From Octopus vulgaris (Eukaryota), in contig OX597831.1 of NCBI GenBank assembly GCA_951406725.2, positions 10,974,001-11,038,000 on the forward strand: a stretch of 64,000 nucleotides of DNA, given 5' to 3'. Below are positions 26,697 to 40,143 of the stretch, in pieces (the stretch's first letter is position 1; every line of letters begins with the position of its first letter). The translations under genes were made by a program, and so were the position numbers. The notes under the pieces were generated by a model that was not told the DNA's origin, made no database searches, and worked only from the letters and a program-made list of their open reading frames with translations.

Positions 26697-27127
26697 ATTT
26701 ATATGAATTCGGTGCAATTATTGCTGTAGACAAATAGGATAAGGAGGCAGAGTTAATGCTGAGGACATTTAAATGGATGTAATGCAGCGTTGGACGCTGT
26801 GGGTTTCTTGTTGAAACTCAAGTCTGCTCCTGTTGCGCATACTTATCATCAACATCGCTTGTGTTTATATACCTTGGAGTACATTGTTTAAATGTGCTAT
26901 TCTGTGTTATTCTCGACAGAGGATGTGATTTGAAAGAGAGATTTGACAAAGCAACCCAGTGATTGTTGGATTGCAAATTAGTCGATGAATGTGGTGCAGT
27001 TTCTTGAACATTCATAAATAAAAGAAAGAAGAGTATATAAATAGATATAAATATGAGAACAACTATTGGCTGAAATACTGTTTCTGGGAATTAAAAACGG
27101 GAAGCATTATTGGAGACGGAAGAAAAA

Positions 27128-27335
27128 TCTTTTCTACTCTAGGCACAAGGCCCGAAGTTTTGGGGGAGGGGACCAGTCGATTAGATCGACCCAGTACCCA
27201 ACTGGTATTTAATTTATCGACCCTGAAAGGATGAAAGGTAAAGTCGACCTCGGCGGAATTTGAACTCAGAATGTTGCGGCAGACGAAACACTGCTAAGCA
27301 TTTCACCCGCGTGCTAACGATTCTGCCAGCTCGCC
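27128..27335 (-). mobile_element. SINE family A (tail type ii)
   Basis: TCTTTTCTACTCTAGGCACAAGGCCCG...CTGCCAGCTCGCC. Confidence 0.9.
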
Positions 27336-28069
27336 AAAAATGTGTAGGGATTATGGTTTAACATGATGAATTATATATATATATGTGTTTGTGTGTGTGT
27401 GTGTGTGTGCGTGTGTATGTGCGTGCGTGTGTGTGTCAGTGTGTGTGTATGTGTGAGTGTGTATGTGCGTGTGTGTGTGTGCTTCCACCATTTGTCTACC
27501 GGTGTTGATTTGGTTGCGTTTCCATTACACAGTGTTCCCGTAACAACCACACTTCAAAACATAGAACAAAGTGGTGCTCTAGCATGGCCACAATTCAATG
27601 ACCGAAACAAGTGAAAAATAAAAGAAATATTGAATAATATTACCCAAAATGATGTTGCCAAAAATGCCACTGCTACGAATGTCTGTAACCATGCGCTTTC
27701 GAGGCTCGGTTTCAAGAACTGTTTGAAAGAGAATTTTTTTTTAAAGCCTCACACGTTCTCTTTATAGCTATGATTAAACCAAAACACTTAAAATTTCTTT
27801 CGCAACCAGCAAATGCTTAAACTGTTGATGGCTGCTGGACATTTTACGAGGCAACAATAAAGTTTACATTGGAATAATGTTCACATTTTTCAATTGAGAC
27901 ATCTATCATTTTATAGGCCACGTCAGTAATAATTCTATTTACGTGACAGTTGCACTTTCCACGATACAGATCAACGAGCAAAAAGTTTTATTCTCTGTAT
28001 CTCATCTGTCTTTACGACAACCAACGCTGTTCTATTGAAATTACCACTCTAACACCACCTATACTCACT

Positions 28070-28457
28070 GGATGGAAGCACTCCGTCGGTTACGACGACG
28101 AGGGTTCCGGTTGATCCGAATCAACGGAACAGTCTGCTCGTGAAATTAACGTGTAAGTGGCTGAGCACTCCACAGACACGTTTACCCTTAACGTAGTTCT
28201 CAGGGATATTCAGCGTGACACAGAGAGTGACAAGGCCGGCCCTTTGAAATACAGGTACAACAGAAACAGGAAGTAAGAGTGAGAGAAGGTTGTGGTGAAA
28301 GAGTACAGCAGGGATCACCACCATCCCCTGCCGGAGCCTCGTGGAGCTTTTAGGTGTTTTCGCTCAATAAACACTCACAACGCCCGGTCTGGGAATCGAA
28401 ACCGCGATCCTACGACCGAGATTCCGCTGCCCTAACCACTGGGCCATTGCGCCTCCA
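28070..28457 (-). mobile_element. SINE family B, full length
   Basis: TSD CCACCTATACTCACT at 28055-28069 and 28455-28469. Confidence 0.92.
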
Positions 28458-28836
28458 CCTATACTCACTAACCTCTGTCTCACTGTCACCTCATAAATTC
28501 TTTCTCTACCGCTACTGCTGAGGTTGCTGCCCTTCGGAGTTGGCTGGTTTCAAGCCACCACTTGAGTTTAGCAACCCTCCAACAACAACAACAACCATTT
28601 CGTTTCTCTTTCCCTCGTCGCCCATAATATTTCAATAAACAACATTGACTACTTTCCCTCAGCCGTTCCTCTCTTGCTCCTGGTCATTGTGGAAATTCCT
28701 CTCATTCATCCAATAATTCTCCAGCCGCCGTCCAATTGCATCGATTTCACCAACCTCACTGGACCTCCACAAACCATGGGAACAACATTTCGTCCCAGAA
28801 TTTAACAACACGTGATAGGCATTCTTTCTCGCTTTC

Positions 28837-29145
28837 GGCACTCCATTGGTTATGACGACGAGGGTTCCAGTTGATCCGATCAATGGAAAAGATTGCTCGT
28901 GATTTTCAACCTGCCCTCCACAGACACATCTACCCTTAATGCAGTTCTCTGGGAGATTCAGCGTGACGCAGAATGTTATAAGGCGACCGTTTGAATTACA
29001 GGTACCACTCATTTTTGACAGTTGAGTGGACTGGAGTAACGTGAAATAAAGTGTCTTGCTTAAGAACTCGACACGCCGCCTAGAATCAAACCCACGACCT
29101 TACGAATGTGAAACAAATACACTAACCACTAAGCTACGCGCCTTC
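28837..29145 (-). mobile_element. Older SINE sharing the family B 3' tail but with a different body
   Basis: GCACTCCATTGGTTATGACGACGAGGGTTCCAG tail; head CTAACCACTAAGCTACGCGCCTTC. Confidence 0.75.
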
Positions 29146-29216
29146 ACGATAGCCATATCGTGCTTATATTCGGACCAGCTATTCATCTCCTCCTTCCATT
29201 CTTTTTTCTCTTAATC

Positions 29217-29252
29217 CTTTCTACTGAAGAGCGTAGGCTAGAAACGTAAAAC
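29217..29252 (+). ncRNA. Degenerate minimal hammerhead-like motif (core CUACUGA)
   Basis: CTTT CTACTGA A GAGC GTAG GCTA GAA ACGT A AAAC; same family as 6708-6746. Confidence 0.45.
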
Positions 29253-29626
29253 ACCTGACACACCTGCTTATTGTTCCTACACCTATCTTGGTCCTTTGTT
29301 TTCTGTAAATTTGAACGATATATATGTATATATGCATGTATGTATGTATCTATGTATGTATGCATGTATGTATGTATGAATATATGTATGAATATATGTA
29401 TGTATATACGTATATATATACATATATATACATATATATATATATATATCACGTGATCGACCAGACTATCAGATGTTGCTACACATCGCTGGTCACAATG
29501 CGCTTCGCATTGCTTTAGCCCTCAAATGACGCCACCCCGTTAATCCAAACATGAAAACACAACAACGTGAGGACGTGAAACAAATATAGTATTATTGGAC
29601 GCTCTGGAAAGAAGGAAAGAAGGAGG

Positions 29627-29661
29627 GTTTAACGTTTCGAGCGGAGCTCTTCGTCAGAAAC
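29627..29661 (-). ncRNA. Intact minimal type-I hammerhead ribozyme motif
   Basis: Minus strand GUUU CUGACGA A GAGC UCC GCUC GAA ACGU U AAAC: all core nucleotides present, stem I GUUU/AAAC, stem II GAGC/GCUC, palindromic ACGU in place of stem III. Confidence 0.78.
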
Positions 29662-29907
29662 ATAGGAAAAGGAAAAAAATCGCCAACGGTACACAAGCGG
29701 TCACTCTTTGAATGTAAATATATATATATATATACAAGCATGGCTATATACACGTATGAAATCTTGTACATGGACACAAGCCGAACAATTTGATGAAACG
29801 CTTAGTCGAACATATCAACCCTTGTAGAATGAAAGTCAAATATTGTGGCATTCGTCTGGACTGAACTCCGCCTATAATGTGCCCCCACCAGACGCTCTCG
29901 CTGTCGT

Positions 29908-30230
29908 TGAATCGCGGTTTCGATTCCCAGACCGGGCGTTGTGTTTATTGAGCGAAAACACCTAAAGCTCCACGAGGCAGGGGTCGTGGCGAACCCTGCT
30001 GTACTCTTTCACCACAACTTTCTCTCACTCTTTCTTCCAGTTTCTGTTGTACCTGTATTTCAAAAGACCGGCCTTGGTACGCTCAGTGTCACGCTAAATT
30101 TCCCTGAGAACTACTTTAGGGGTACACGTTTCTGTGATGACCTCAGCCACTTGCGCGTTAATTGCACGAGGAGTTTGTTCCGTTGATCTGATCAACTGGA
30201 ACCCTCGTCGTCGTAACCGACGGAGTACCA
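29908..30230 (+). mobile_element. SINE family B, 5'-truncated
   Basis: ATCGCGGTTTCGATTCCCAGACCGGGCG...TCGTCGTAACCGACGGAGT. Confidence 0.88.
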
Positions 30231-30232
30231 TG

Positions 30233-30272
<40 letters not shown>

Positions 30273-30651
30273 TATGTATAAAATCACGAAGTTGTTAACG
30301 CCTGGCATGCGATCTGATAGAGTGTTGCAATTGAGATGCAGTGACGATCGAAGTGTCATTTTAGCCATTAGCACAGACAAACCGTTAATTTCAATGTTAT
30401 ATTTACTTTTTAAGCAAACAGTCCATTACAGCAAAATACATTATCGCTCTTCTGCGACCTGGCCATTGACCCAGTTTCACAACCTGTGTTCAAAGTCGCT
30501 TACCAGCGAGTTTCTTCAAAGCCTCAGGTGGTTTAATTTCCTTCTACCTCTTCCGTGACTTTCCTGTTGAACTTTGAAGCTCTGTGTTGTCTTTGTATGA
30601 ATTTCGAACGCCCCGTTCTTCACTCACTTTCGATTATCTGTTCTGTCTCTC

Positions 30652-31109
30652 ACCCCCTCTCTCCCCCTCTTTCTCTCTCTCTCTCTCTCTCTCTCTGTAT
30701 GTGTATATATTTGCGTGTGAGTATGTATAAATGTATATTTATATGTATTTGTATATATATATGTGTGTGTATATATATATGTGGGTGTGTGTGTATAAAT
30801 GTATATTTATGTGTATGTATATATATATATGTGTGTGTGTGTATGTACATATATATGCATATATGTATTTACATATGCAAATATATATATATGCATATGT
30901 GAATATGTATATTTATATATATATGCTTACATATATATATGTATGCATATGTGTATAATTATATATATGTGTGTGTGTGTGTATATGTTGATATATATGT
31001 ATATGTATATCTATCTATCTATCTATCTATATATATATATATATATATATGCGTGTGTGTGTGTATCACATATTTATTTGTCCGTTCTCATCACTACCAC
31101 TTCTACTAC

Positions 31110-31165
<56 letters not shown>
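30652..31165. repeat. (CT)n/(TA)n/(TG)n compound microsatellite
   Basis: Directly visible. Confidence 0.95.
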
Positions 31166-31168
<3 letters not shown>

Positions 31169-31671
31169 TTATACTTATTGGTAATATTTTCCCCACGGTA
31201 GTTTGCTTTTGAACTTTGTGAGGTCGCCTGCCATGTTTGTACTTTGTGTTTCAGAATATGTTTGAAATATTTGCTTAAAGTACAATTCTATTAACATTCG
31301 CTTGTTGCTAAATTGATGTATTTAACCTTTAATGGCAAAAACAAAGTGAAAAAAACACAAACCAATATAGATTACGATATATTTGTATGAGCATAATAAT
31401 ATGAAATTGTCAGCGTGCGTGTCTGTATGAATATCTGTACAGACGTATTGTTACATGTAGATATACATGTAATATATGTATACGTATGTGTGCGTGCCTA
31501 TGTGTGTGTATGTGTGTGTCTCTGTCTGTGTCTGTTTACATATATAGAGATACAATATCGATTATACGGTATATTTTTTCCATAACATTTTCCAGATTGA
31601 TGATTGTTTCCAATCAGGGGTGTTCACCTTGACCAGGCACTTTAATTTAGACAAATATTAAATTTATTTAA

Positions 31672-31770
31672 ATAATAAGTCCCGGGGTCGAGTTGCTCGA
31701 TTAAAGGCGGTGCTCCAGCATGGCCGCAGTCAAATGACTGAAACAAGTAAAAGAATAAAAGAAAAGAAAG
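31672..31770 (+). mobile_element. SINE family C 3' tail fragment
   Basis: GGCGGTGCTCCAGCATGGCCGCAGTCAAATGACTGAAACAAGTAAAAGAATAAAAG; a similar tail-only fragment lies at ~46007-46065. Confidence 0.85.
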
Positions 31771-32713
31771 AATTAAAATTAAGCATAGGTACCTGTACAC
31801 TAGTGTAGATTTGTGCAGAAGTTCCGGACCATCAGTGTCCGGAAAATTCGGTGTTGTACCGTTATAATTTTGCCCACACTTACTTACACACTTACACACA
31901 TATGTGTGTTAACGTGTGCGCAAATGTGTACTCACATGTTTATATTTATCAAACTGGTCTAAGTAGAGAAATAATACGTTTACTTTTAAGTCCAGATTAT
32001 TCATCTCCTTCCACTCAGTTTTAAGGTTGTAGTCTCTCATATTGTTGGAGAGTGATTTGACCAGGTCTCTCGAATATCGGACAGTATTCTTTGTGATATT
32101 TAGAGCGACTGTTTGCATTCTAAGTTCAAATCCTGCTGAGACCAATTTTGATCTCCTCCTCCTCCTCCTTTCGGGGTCATTTCAAAAGTACCCATCCAAG
32201 GAGATGGACCAGCGGAATTATAACCACGTCGTGTCAGATACTTTACAGTAGTTATTTCTATTCTTTGTATTCTGAGATCGAACCTCTCCTTCCTTTACGA
32301 GGAATTCACTCTGTTGCAGGGATTTAGGCCAGATTTCTTCTGATCTATGGATATTTACCGCTCTGTCTCGGAGGTTCTGTAAAGAACCATGGGCACTGTC
32401 TTCCCTCGTGACTAAAGATGTTAGAAGTAACTATTTTTTTTCCTTATTTCCTTATCTCACAACACCATAGGAATGGCATCGTCTCCAACTGTTCCAACCC
32501 GAATTGTGCCGCCTTTCGTCTGTTGAAAATATGTCCGAGTTGTTTTATCTTCAATGTGGCTTTAGTCAGCATTAAAGCTGACGCTAACAGCAGGCTTCAA
32601 ATGTGTTTCTGATGTTTTTTATTATTTAAAAAGAAGGGTTTCATTCGATTTGTTTAGTCCAAACCTACCAGCTGAATGTGATTTTTTGAATTGCAAAACT
32701 TCTAGTCAGAATA

Positions 32714-32948
32714 CAGTTCTATATTTGAGAGATGAGGAATTATGTACATTATTTACATTATTTACATTTGACAGATATTTGTCCTCATCTTGTTTGTTGT
32801 TAACACAACGTTTCGGCTCAAATACTCTTCAGGTTCAAAATTTCCCCAAGACACCTGATGAATGCTGGAGGGTATATCAGCCGAAACGTTGTGTTAACAA
32901 CAAACAAGATGAGGACAAATATCCGTCGAATATAAATAATGTAACTAA
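32714..32948. mobile_element. Internally deleted copy of the palindromic hammerhead element (hammerhead at 32850-32895, +)
   Basis: Inverted arms ATATTTGTCCTCATCTTGTTTGTTGTTAACACAACGTTTCGGCT / AGCCGAAACGTTGTGTTAACAACAAACAAGATGAGGACAAATAT; GACAC CTGATGA A TGCTG..CAGCC GAA ACGT T GTGTT. Confidence 0.85.
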
Positions 32949-33519
32949 TGTTTTAGTGAGAAGCCTACTTAGTTTTTGCTGAGTTCGTCAGAAGTTCTCA
33001 AGAGGATATTTGGGAATATATATTCCTTATTAGATGCTAAAGAAGACCCAAATCATTTGAATCGATAATACCACTTCATTTGCATTAACCAGTTCCACAA
33101 ATTTTCGAAGTAAAGTTTCGTCAGTAGGTGAAATGTAGTGATATCATGTCCATTCTTAGAATAATCTAGTTGATGAGATCATATTCATAGTTGCACTCGT
33201 CAACTCTTTCGTTTTATCACATATCGTTTATCACATATCGTTTATCACATATCGTTTTATCAATGATAGTTCTATTATCAGGTAAAATTTGCGATGTGTG
33301 TGCGTGCGTGTATGGAGGGTACGTGTCTGTGTGTGTATGTATGTGTGCTTCTGTGTACATAAATTCGATTTTAGCAGTTGAACTGGAAGAAGATGAAGTT
33401 ATTTTCATTTTATTTAAATTATCATTTTCATTTTTGTCAGCGTTTCTGTTATAGACACGAACTTAGCAAGAACTAGAAATTAATAAGCATACATTTCCAA
33501 CTTCCTTTGTTGCCATACA

Positions 33520-33589
<70 letters not shown>

Positions 33590-34379
33590 TACATTGCGAA
33601 CTATCTCTGCAAACATTTAAAATGAGTTCCCATATGGCAATCCGTGCTACAAATAAGTACTATTGGCGGAAAAAGAGATGGAAGGATAGCAAATTGAACA
33701 AATGAATAAATTTAGAATACTGGTAGAAAAGAATGAAGAATGAACAAATTGAATTTGGAAGTGTTTCAGGGCCCATAAGCCAAGAGTTCAAACTACAATA
33801 GTAGAATAATCGCAACGGGGTAAAGTTCAACAAATAAGAAAAAGAGAACAGAAATAGTAATTCCCGATGTTTATAAAAATTTGCTGGTAACAAGTTTCCA
33901 ACAGATTCAAAGGAAATCGTAAGTGATGAGTTTGTAGAAAGGCGGGAGAGAAAAACAGAATTGGTGACGTAATAGTTTGTTCTTTGAAGGAGTGAACACG
34001 AATGGAATATAACAGTTGTGTGTTTTGGAAGGTTCTTCCTACAATGAAACCATATGTGTGTGTGTGTGTGTGTGTGTCCATGTATACGCAAGTACATGCG
34101 TAAGCGTCCGTGTTAATCTGTATGCATGAAAATCTATGAACGCACACACATTTATTGGTATAAAGTGGATAAGTGATAAAGGAATTCGTCGATCCGCAGC
34201 CATGTAGGACACGGACACTAATTATAATTCAAAATGCCCAACTTTATTATAGACTGCGATTCTGTTTGGGTATTATATTACAGTAACAAGTGACTAGAAA
34301 TATTCATTCTCTGGAAACAGGACAAATCGGTAGATTTATATATCATGCCCTGTGCCTCCAAGCAGTCCTTCAGGCTCAA

Positions 34380-34504
<125 letters not shown>

Positions 34505-34945
34505 TAAATGATTGCTGTTTTGCTGGTTTCGTTCATTAGACTGCGACCATGATGACGCTCTGTCTTAAACGGTTTAGTTGAACAAATTGATACCAATGCT
34601 TATTTTTTTTAAATTTGACTCTTATACTGTAAAGCACATTTGCCGAACCACTAAGTTACCGGAACGTAAGCAAATGAAAAGCAGTCGTCAAGTCGGAGTG
34701 GGACTAAAATAAACTCATACACACACAGACACACACACACACACACCACAAAAATACAAACACACACACATATATATATATACATACATGGCCGACTGAC
34801 CTCCACACAGTTTCCGTCTATCAATTCATTCACAAGCTATTCGTCAGCCTGTTCTGTAGAAACACTTATCCAAGGTGCTGAGCAGTGGGACCGAACCCTA
34901 AACCACTTGGTTGCAAAGAGAATTCCTTAGTCACACAGTGGTGTC
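34505..34945 (-). mobile_element. Decayed SINE family C
   Basis: CAGTTTCCGTCTA...CCAAGGTGC...GCAGTGGGACCGAACCC. Confidence 0.75.
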
Positions 34946-35633
34946 TACGTCCATCCGAACCGTGCCCGACGTATCTTCGTTATGCATCTCTTCAAACTTC
35001 CCCGTTTCTCTTTATACACTACATTAATCTCATCTCGTGACTACATTTCTTAACCGTTTATTCAATTCTTCAAGTTCAGCCTTTTGTACCACCAACTGTT
35101 CTTAAATCAGTTATTTTACCTCTTTTTCCCTTCGAAATGTAAACTGTATTTCCTATCTCCTCTGTTATAGAATTGTTCTCAATAATGTAACCTCGAAGAA
35201 CATTGAAAACATGCATTTAGACTAAGTAGCTGAAAATCTTATACTTTCGGGTTTCGCATTTAGCATTCCAAACAAATAGCAACGGACAAACCGAGCAACA
35301 ATATCAAGCTTTCCTTTTTTTCATTTCCTTTCCAACAAACCAAACACATTTGTTTTGTCAGAACTCTCAAACATCCACATTGTACCTAAGCTTTTTCTAA
35401 AATTACCATTATGTGATGTTACTTTCACAATTCTTGATATAATTCCTTCTTAGAATACTTCGATGCAGCGATCTTTTTCATGCTTCTTTTACGTTTCACT
35501 TCCATTTGTGTAAACATCGCATCTCGCCATTTCCTGCTTCTCTTCTCGCATTTTTTCACGAATCCCAAATACTTCATGTTTTTTTTTCTTTAGAAACTAT
35601 CGTTTCAATAACCTAACGATTTCACGCATATAA

Positions 35634-36044
35634 TACTCTTTTACTCTTTTACTTGCTTCAGTCATTTGACTACGGCCATGCTGGAGCACCGCCTTTAATC
35701 GACCAACTCGACCCCAGGACTTATTCATTGTAAGCCCAGTACTTATTCTATCGGTCTCATTTGCCGAACCGCTAAGTGACGGGGACATAAACACACCAGC
35801 ATCGGTTGTCAAGCAATGCTAGGGGGACAAACACAGACACACAAACATACACACACACACATATATATATATACATATATATGAAGGGCTTCTTTCAGTT
35901 TCCGTCTACCAAATCCACTCACAAGGCTTTGGTCGGCCCGAGGCTATAGTAGAAGACACTTACCCAAGGTGCCACGCAGTGGGACTGAACCCGGAACAAT
36001 GTGGTTGGTAAGCAGGCTACTTACCACACAGCCACTCCTGCGCC
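35634..36044 (-). mobile_element. SINE family C, first of a tandem pair
   Basis: Full-length; preceded by a flank (35499-35633) that is repeated at 36045-36191. Confidence 0.92.
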
Positions 36045-36191
36045 TTCCATTTGTGTAAACATCTCAAGTAAACAAACGCATCTTGCCATTTCCAGCTTCT
36101 CTTCTCGCATTTTTTCACGCATCCCAAATACTTCATGTTTTTTTTCTTTAGAAACTATCGTTTCAATAACCTAACGATTTCACGCATATAA

Positions 36192-36593
36192 TACTCTTTT
36201 ACTCTTTTACTTGCTTCAGTCATTTGACTGCGGCCATGCAGGAGCACTACCTTTAGTCGAGCGAATCGACCCCGGGACTTATTCTTTGTAAGGCTAGTAC
36301 TTATTCTATCGGTCTCTTTTGCCGAACCGCTAAGTTACGGGGACGTAAACACACCAGCATCGGTTGTCAAGTGATGCTGGAGGACAAACTCAGACACACA
36401 AACACGCAAACGCACACACACACATATATATGACGAGCTTCTTTCAGTTTCCGTCTACCAAATCCACTCACAAGGCTTTGGTCGGCCCGAGGCTATAGTA
36501 GAAGACACTTGCCCAAGATGCCACGCAGTGGGACTGAACCCGGAACCATGTGGCTGATAAGCAAGCTACTTACCACACAGCCACTCTTGCGCC
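36192..36593 (-). mobile_element. SINE family C, second of a tandem pair
   Basis: Full-length; ends CCACACAGCCACTCTTGCGCC. Confidence 0.92.
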
Positions 36594-36786
36594 TATATAT
36601 CTTATATTTCTTGAGAAATTTTAAACTACTTCTAAGTTTCTAATATCGAAGCCCCAATTGATATTCAAATACTATTCCATTTTAGCCATCAACAGAGCTT
36701 CTCTATGATTACACAATATGCTAGAAATAACAGCAATATTCCCTTAAGTTACGTCCCACCGTCTTGAAACTGGATGTTTACTCTGA

Positions 36787-37633
36787 ATATTCCTTCTTTT
36801 CTTGGTTCGCAGTGAGCAACGAGAAGCATGGTGTGACTTGAGCATTTTAAACCAAGCAATGAGTTTCTTTTTCTAGATTTAGAGTTGATATTTTTTCCTG
36901 CGAGTAAAAGAGAAGAGTAATCGCCTCTAGTATACGATTGATACTTTATTTGTCGATCCCAAACGACATAAAATAAAACTGACCTCAGCAAAACTTGTAC
37001 TCGAAGCACAGAATATCGCAAGATATTCTATCCACGGCTGCAACGCCTCTACCAGATTACTTTCTACATAATTTTCCCCCTATCTCCTAAATATAAACTG
37101 TCCGATGTTAGGATGGGAAGGTCGTGTCTTGTAGGAATGTCTTTGATCATAGATGTAGTCAGTCAGAACTGATCTATTGCTAAACAATAACATCGACAAC
37201 GACAATTATCCCTCGTTTGCCACAATTTATGTGAACCATTCGTAACTAGTCACCTCTCTTCTTTCATTTATATACAGTCAATAAACCCAAGTGATATCGT
37301 TTCAACAGTCAATACGCCATGGTTCAATAGCTGTCTTCCTACCTAAACTAATTTAATTTTCTTTATTTCAGTTTCGAACAACACGATGCCTCACAAGGGG
37401 TATTGTCATTTTCATTTGACAAATCACAGCTTCACAATATATTAACTTACAACAAACGTGTTCAATCTAATTCTCTGTGACATTTTTTTTTTGTACAGAC
37501 TGACAATGAAATCGAAGTAACATTTCCTGCTCCTTAACAATCGACTTTGGAAACACAAATGAAACAAATAAAGCGCAATATAGAAAATAACTCAACTGAT
37601 AAGCAACAAGTCACCCGATCGACAAAAGATCTA

Positions 37634-37666
<33 letters not shown>

Positions 37667-38222
37667 CTTTTTTTTTTCTTCTTTCAAATTTGCTTCCATT
37701 TCTTGCCGAGTGTCTTCCCGACTCCTAGGGCAAAGAAAATCATAGTATACATTGGTAGGCCATTAAACCAAACTCAATAGTTCGTTCATTTAAAAAAAAT
37801 GTATTCGACTTGTGCCCTCCCCAAAAATTGCTTCCTTTTTGTCAAAATTTGAAACCATTTTTGTTGTTATTGTTGATAAGGCAGTGAGCTGACAGAATTG
37901 TTTATTATTATTATTATTATTATTATTATTTTAAGGTGGCCAGCTGGCAGAATCGTTAGCGCGTCGAGCAAAATGCTTAGCAACATTTTGTCTGTCTTCC
38001 CGTTCTGTGTTTAAATTCTGCCGTGGTCGACTATACCTTTCATCTTTCCGGTGTCGATAAAAATAAGTACCAGTTGTGTACTGGGGTCAATGTAATCGAC
38101 TCGTGCCCTCCCCGAACATTGCTTCCTTTTTGGCAAAATTTGAAACCATTTTTATTGTTATTGTTGTTGATAAGGCATTGAGCTGACAGAATTGTTTATT
38201 ATTATTATCATCATCATCATCA

Positions 38223-38289
<67 letters not shown>

Positions 38290-39060
38290 TATTATTAAGG
38301 CGGCGACCTAACAGAATTGTTATCGGGCCGGGAAAAATGTTTAGCAGCATTTCGTCCGTCATTACGTTCTGAATTCAAAATCCTCCGAGGCCGTATTTGC
38401 CTTTCGTCTCTGTTAGGGTTGCAAAAATAAGTACTAGTTGTGTCCTGTGGTCGACGTAATCAACTTGTTCCTCCCCCGAAATTGCCGGCCTTTTGCCAAA
38501 ATGTGAAACAATAAAGGATGTACCACATGTTCTGTTAATTGAAGAGTTTGCGTGGCATTCTTCGATCACAATGGGATGACTTGGAACTACTCTGTGGCTA
38601 TGATGATCTATCAAGGCTCATTGGATATTTCAATCTGTTTTGGTAACAGAAAATTCTAGCACTGGACGCTCGCAGAAATATGGACATACAGATAGCGAGA
38701 GACATAAACATTACAATATATTAATCACGTACTCTAGTCTCATACACATAAAGAGAAATATGGTTGCACATAAACAGAGGCAGAAACAAATATTCCTTCC
38801 TTTTGTGGTTCGCAGTGAGCAACGGGAAGCACGGCGTGACTTGAGCATTTTAAACCAAGCAATGAGTTTCTTTTTCTAGATTTAGAGTTGATATTTTTTC
38901 CTGCGAGAAAAAGAGAAGAACAACCGCCTCTAGTACACGACTGATACTTTATTTGTCGATCCCCAAAAAACACAAAATAAAACTAACCTTAGCAAAACTT
39001 GAACTCGAAGCACAGAATATCGCAAGGTATTCTATCCCCTACTGCAATGCGTCTACCAGA
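36787..39060. repeat. ~270-bp direct repeats (36787-37056 and 38789-39060) about 2 kb apart
   Basis: Both start TATTCCTTC..TGGTTCGCAGTGAGCAACG and end CTACCAGA; they share GACTTGAGCATTTTAAACCAAGCAATGAGTTTCTTTTTCTAGATTTAGAGTTG exactly. Confidence 0.9.
37805..38512 (+). mobile_element. Head-to-tail cluster of SINE family A copies separated by (ATT)n
   Basis: Full copies at ~37933-38150 and ~38297-38510; duplicated tail plus truncated head at 37805-37902 and 38096-38197. Confidence 0.85.
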
Positions 39061-40105
39061 GACAAAGAGAGAGAGAGAGAGAGAGATCTGATAACAAGTC
39101 AACGTCTTGACAGCGACATCAAATTGGCAAAGCCAAAACGTTCCTTATCCTTGTTCCATCATGACTTTCAAAGCTTACAAGATTATTGCAGTCGTTGTTG
39201 TTTATAACCTCATACATCATTGAAGTGTAAGTACTAAGAAGTTTCGTTTGGAATTCTAAGTTGTAGACTCATGTCTGAAAATGTATTGAAAACGTATAGT
39301 TGGTTAACGCGTCTGGTTGTAAGAAAGTTCGCGTTTTTGCCGAAAGAAAATTCGCCTTAAAAGAACATAAATTGTAAAACGAAAGAAAAAGCATTAGCTG
39401 TTTCCTTAAAATGCCAGCTTCGACTAATCTACCAATTAGAGAGAAAGGTAATTCCTTTAAAATGAGTTATCTAGTTGACAGTCTGCTTGTGTGCTTCTGT
39501 TATGGCAAAAATTCCGGACAAGAAAACATCCAGTGCGTTTGACCAGTATTTTATGTTATCTATTACCAAATAACGAATGATACAGTTTATTTCTGCGAGA
39601 TTTGAACTCAAAACTAAAGCAAGGAGTGGAACGAACTACTGCAAGACGACTTTTCCAGAGCTCTACTGATTCTACCTGTAATGGTAGAGGTGTTAAAGTC
39701 CTAAAAGACTTTTGCTTACTTATTTTCTATTATCATTTCCATCCCAAATTTGTATTAATTTGCAGAGCCTCGAAATTCATTTATTGCAAGATGTGCAATC
39801 GAAGCTTGAGTATATTTTCCATAAAAAAAATATCCCTAATCCTTCTGGGTTTATATTTTTGGAGTCACTAACGAAGTAGATTATATTTCTATCTTCCCCC
39901 TATAAACTATCTTCAACGGATAAAGCTGCCATCTCGCGGATTTCCCCAGAAGCTAGATATTTTCTTTAACGCCATATTTTATGTTATTAGAAGTGACCAA
40001 AGAAGTTTTCTTTATTCAAATCTCTTTAGTACAATCAATTCTCTGATTCCAAGCTATCTTAAGCTCCTTTGTATCAAAACCAACTCCTTCCCCCACTTCA
40101 CCCAC

Positions 40106-40143
<38 letters not shown>

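Noticed and set aside
26818-27015. ORF with NHWVALSN, reminiscent of a cysteine-protease HW motif
   Set aside because: It is short, with no downstream catalytic motif in frame and no clear splice sites.
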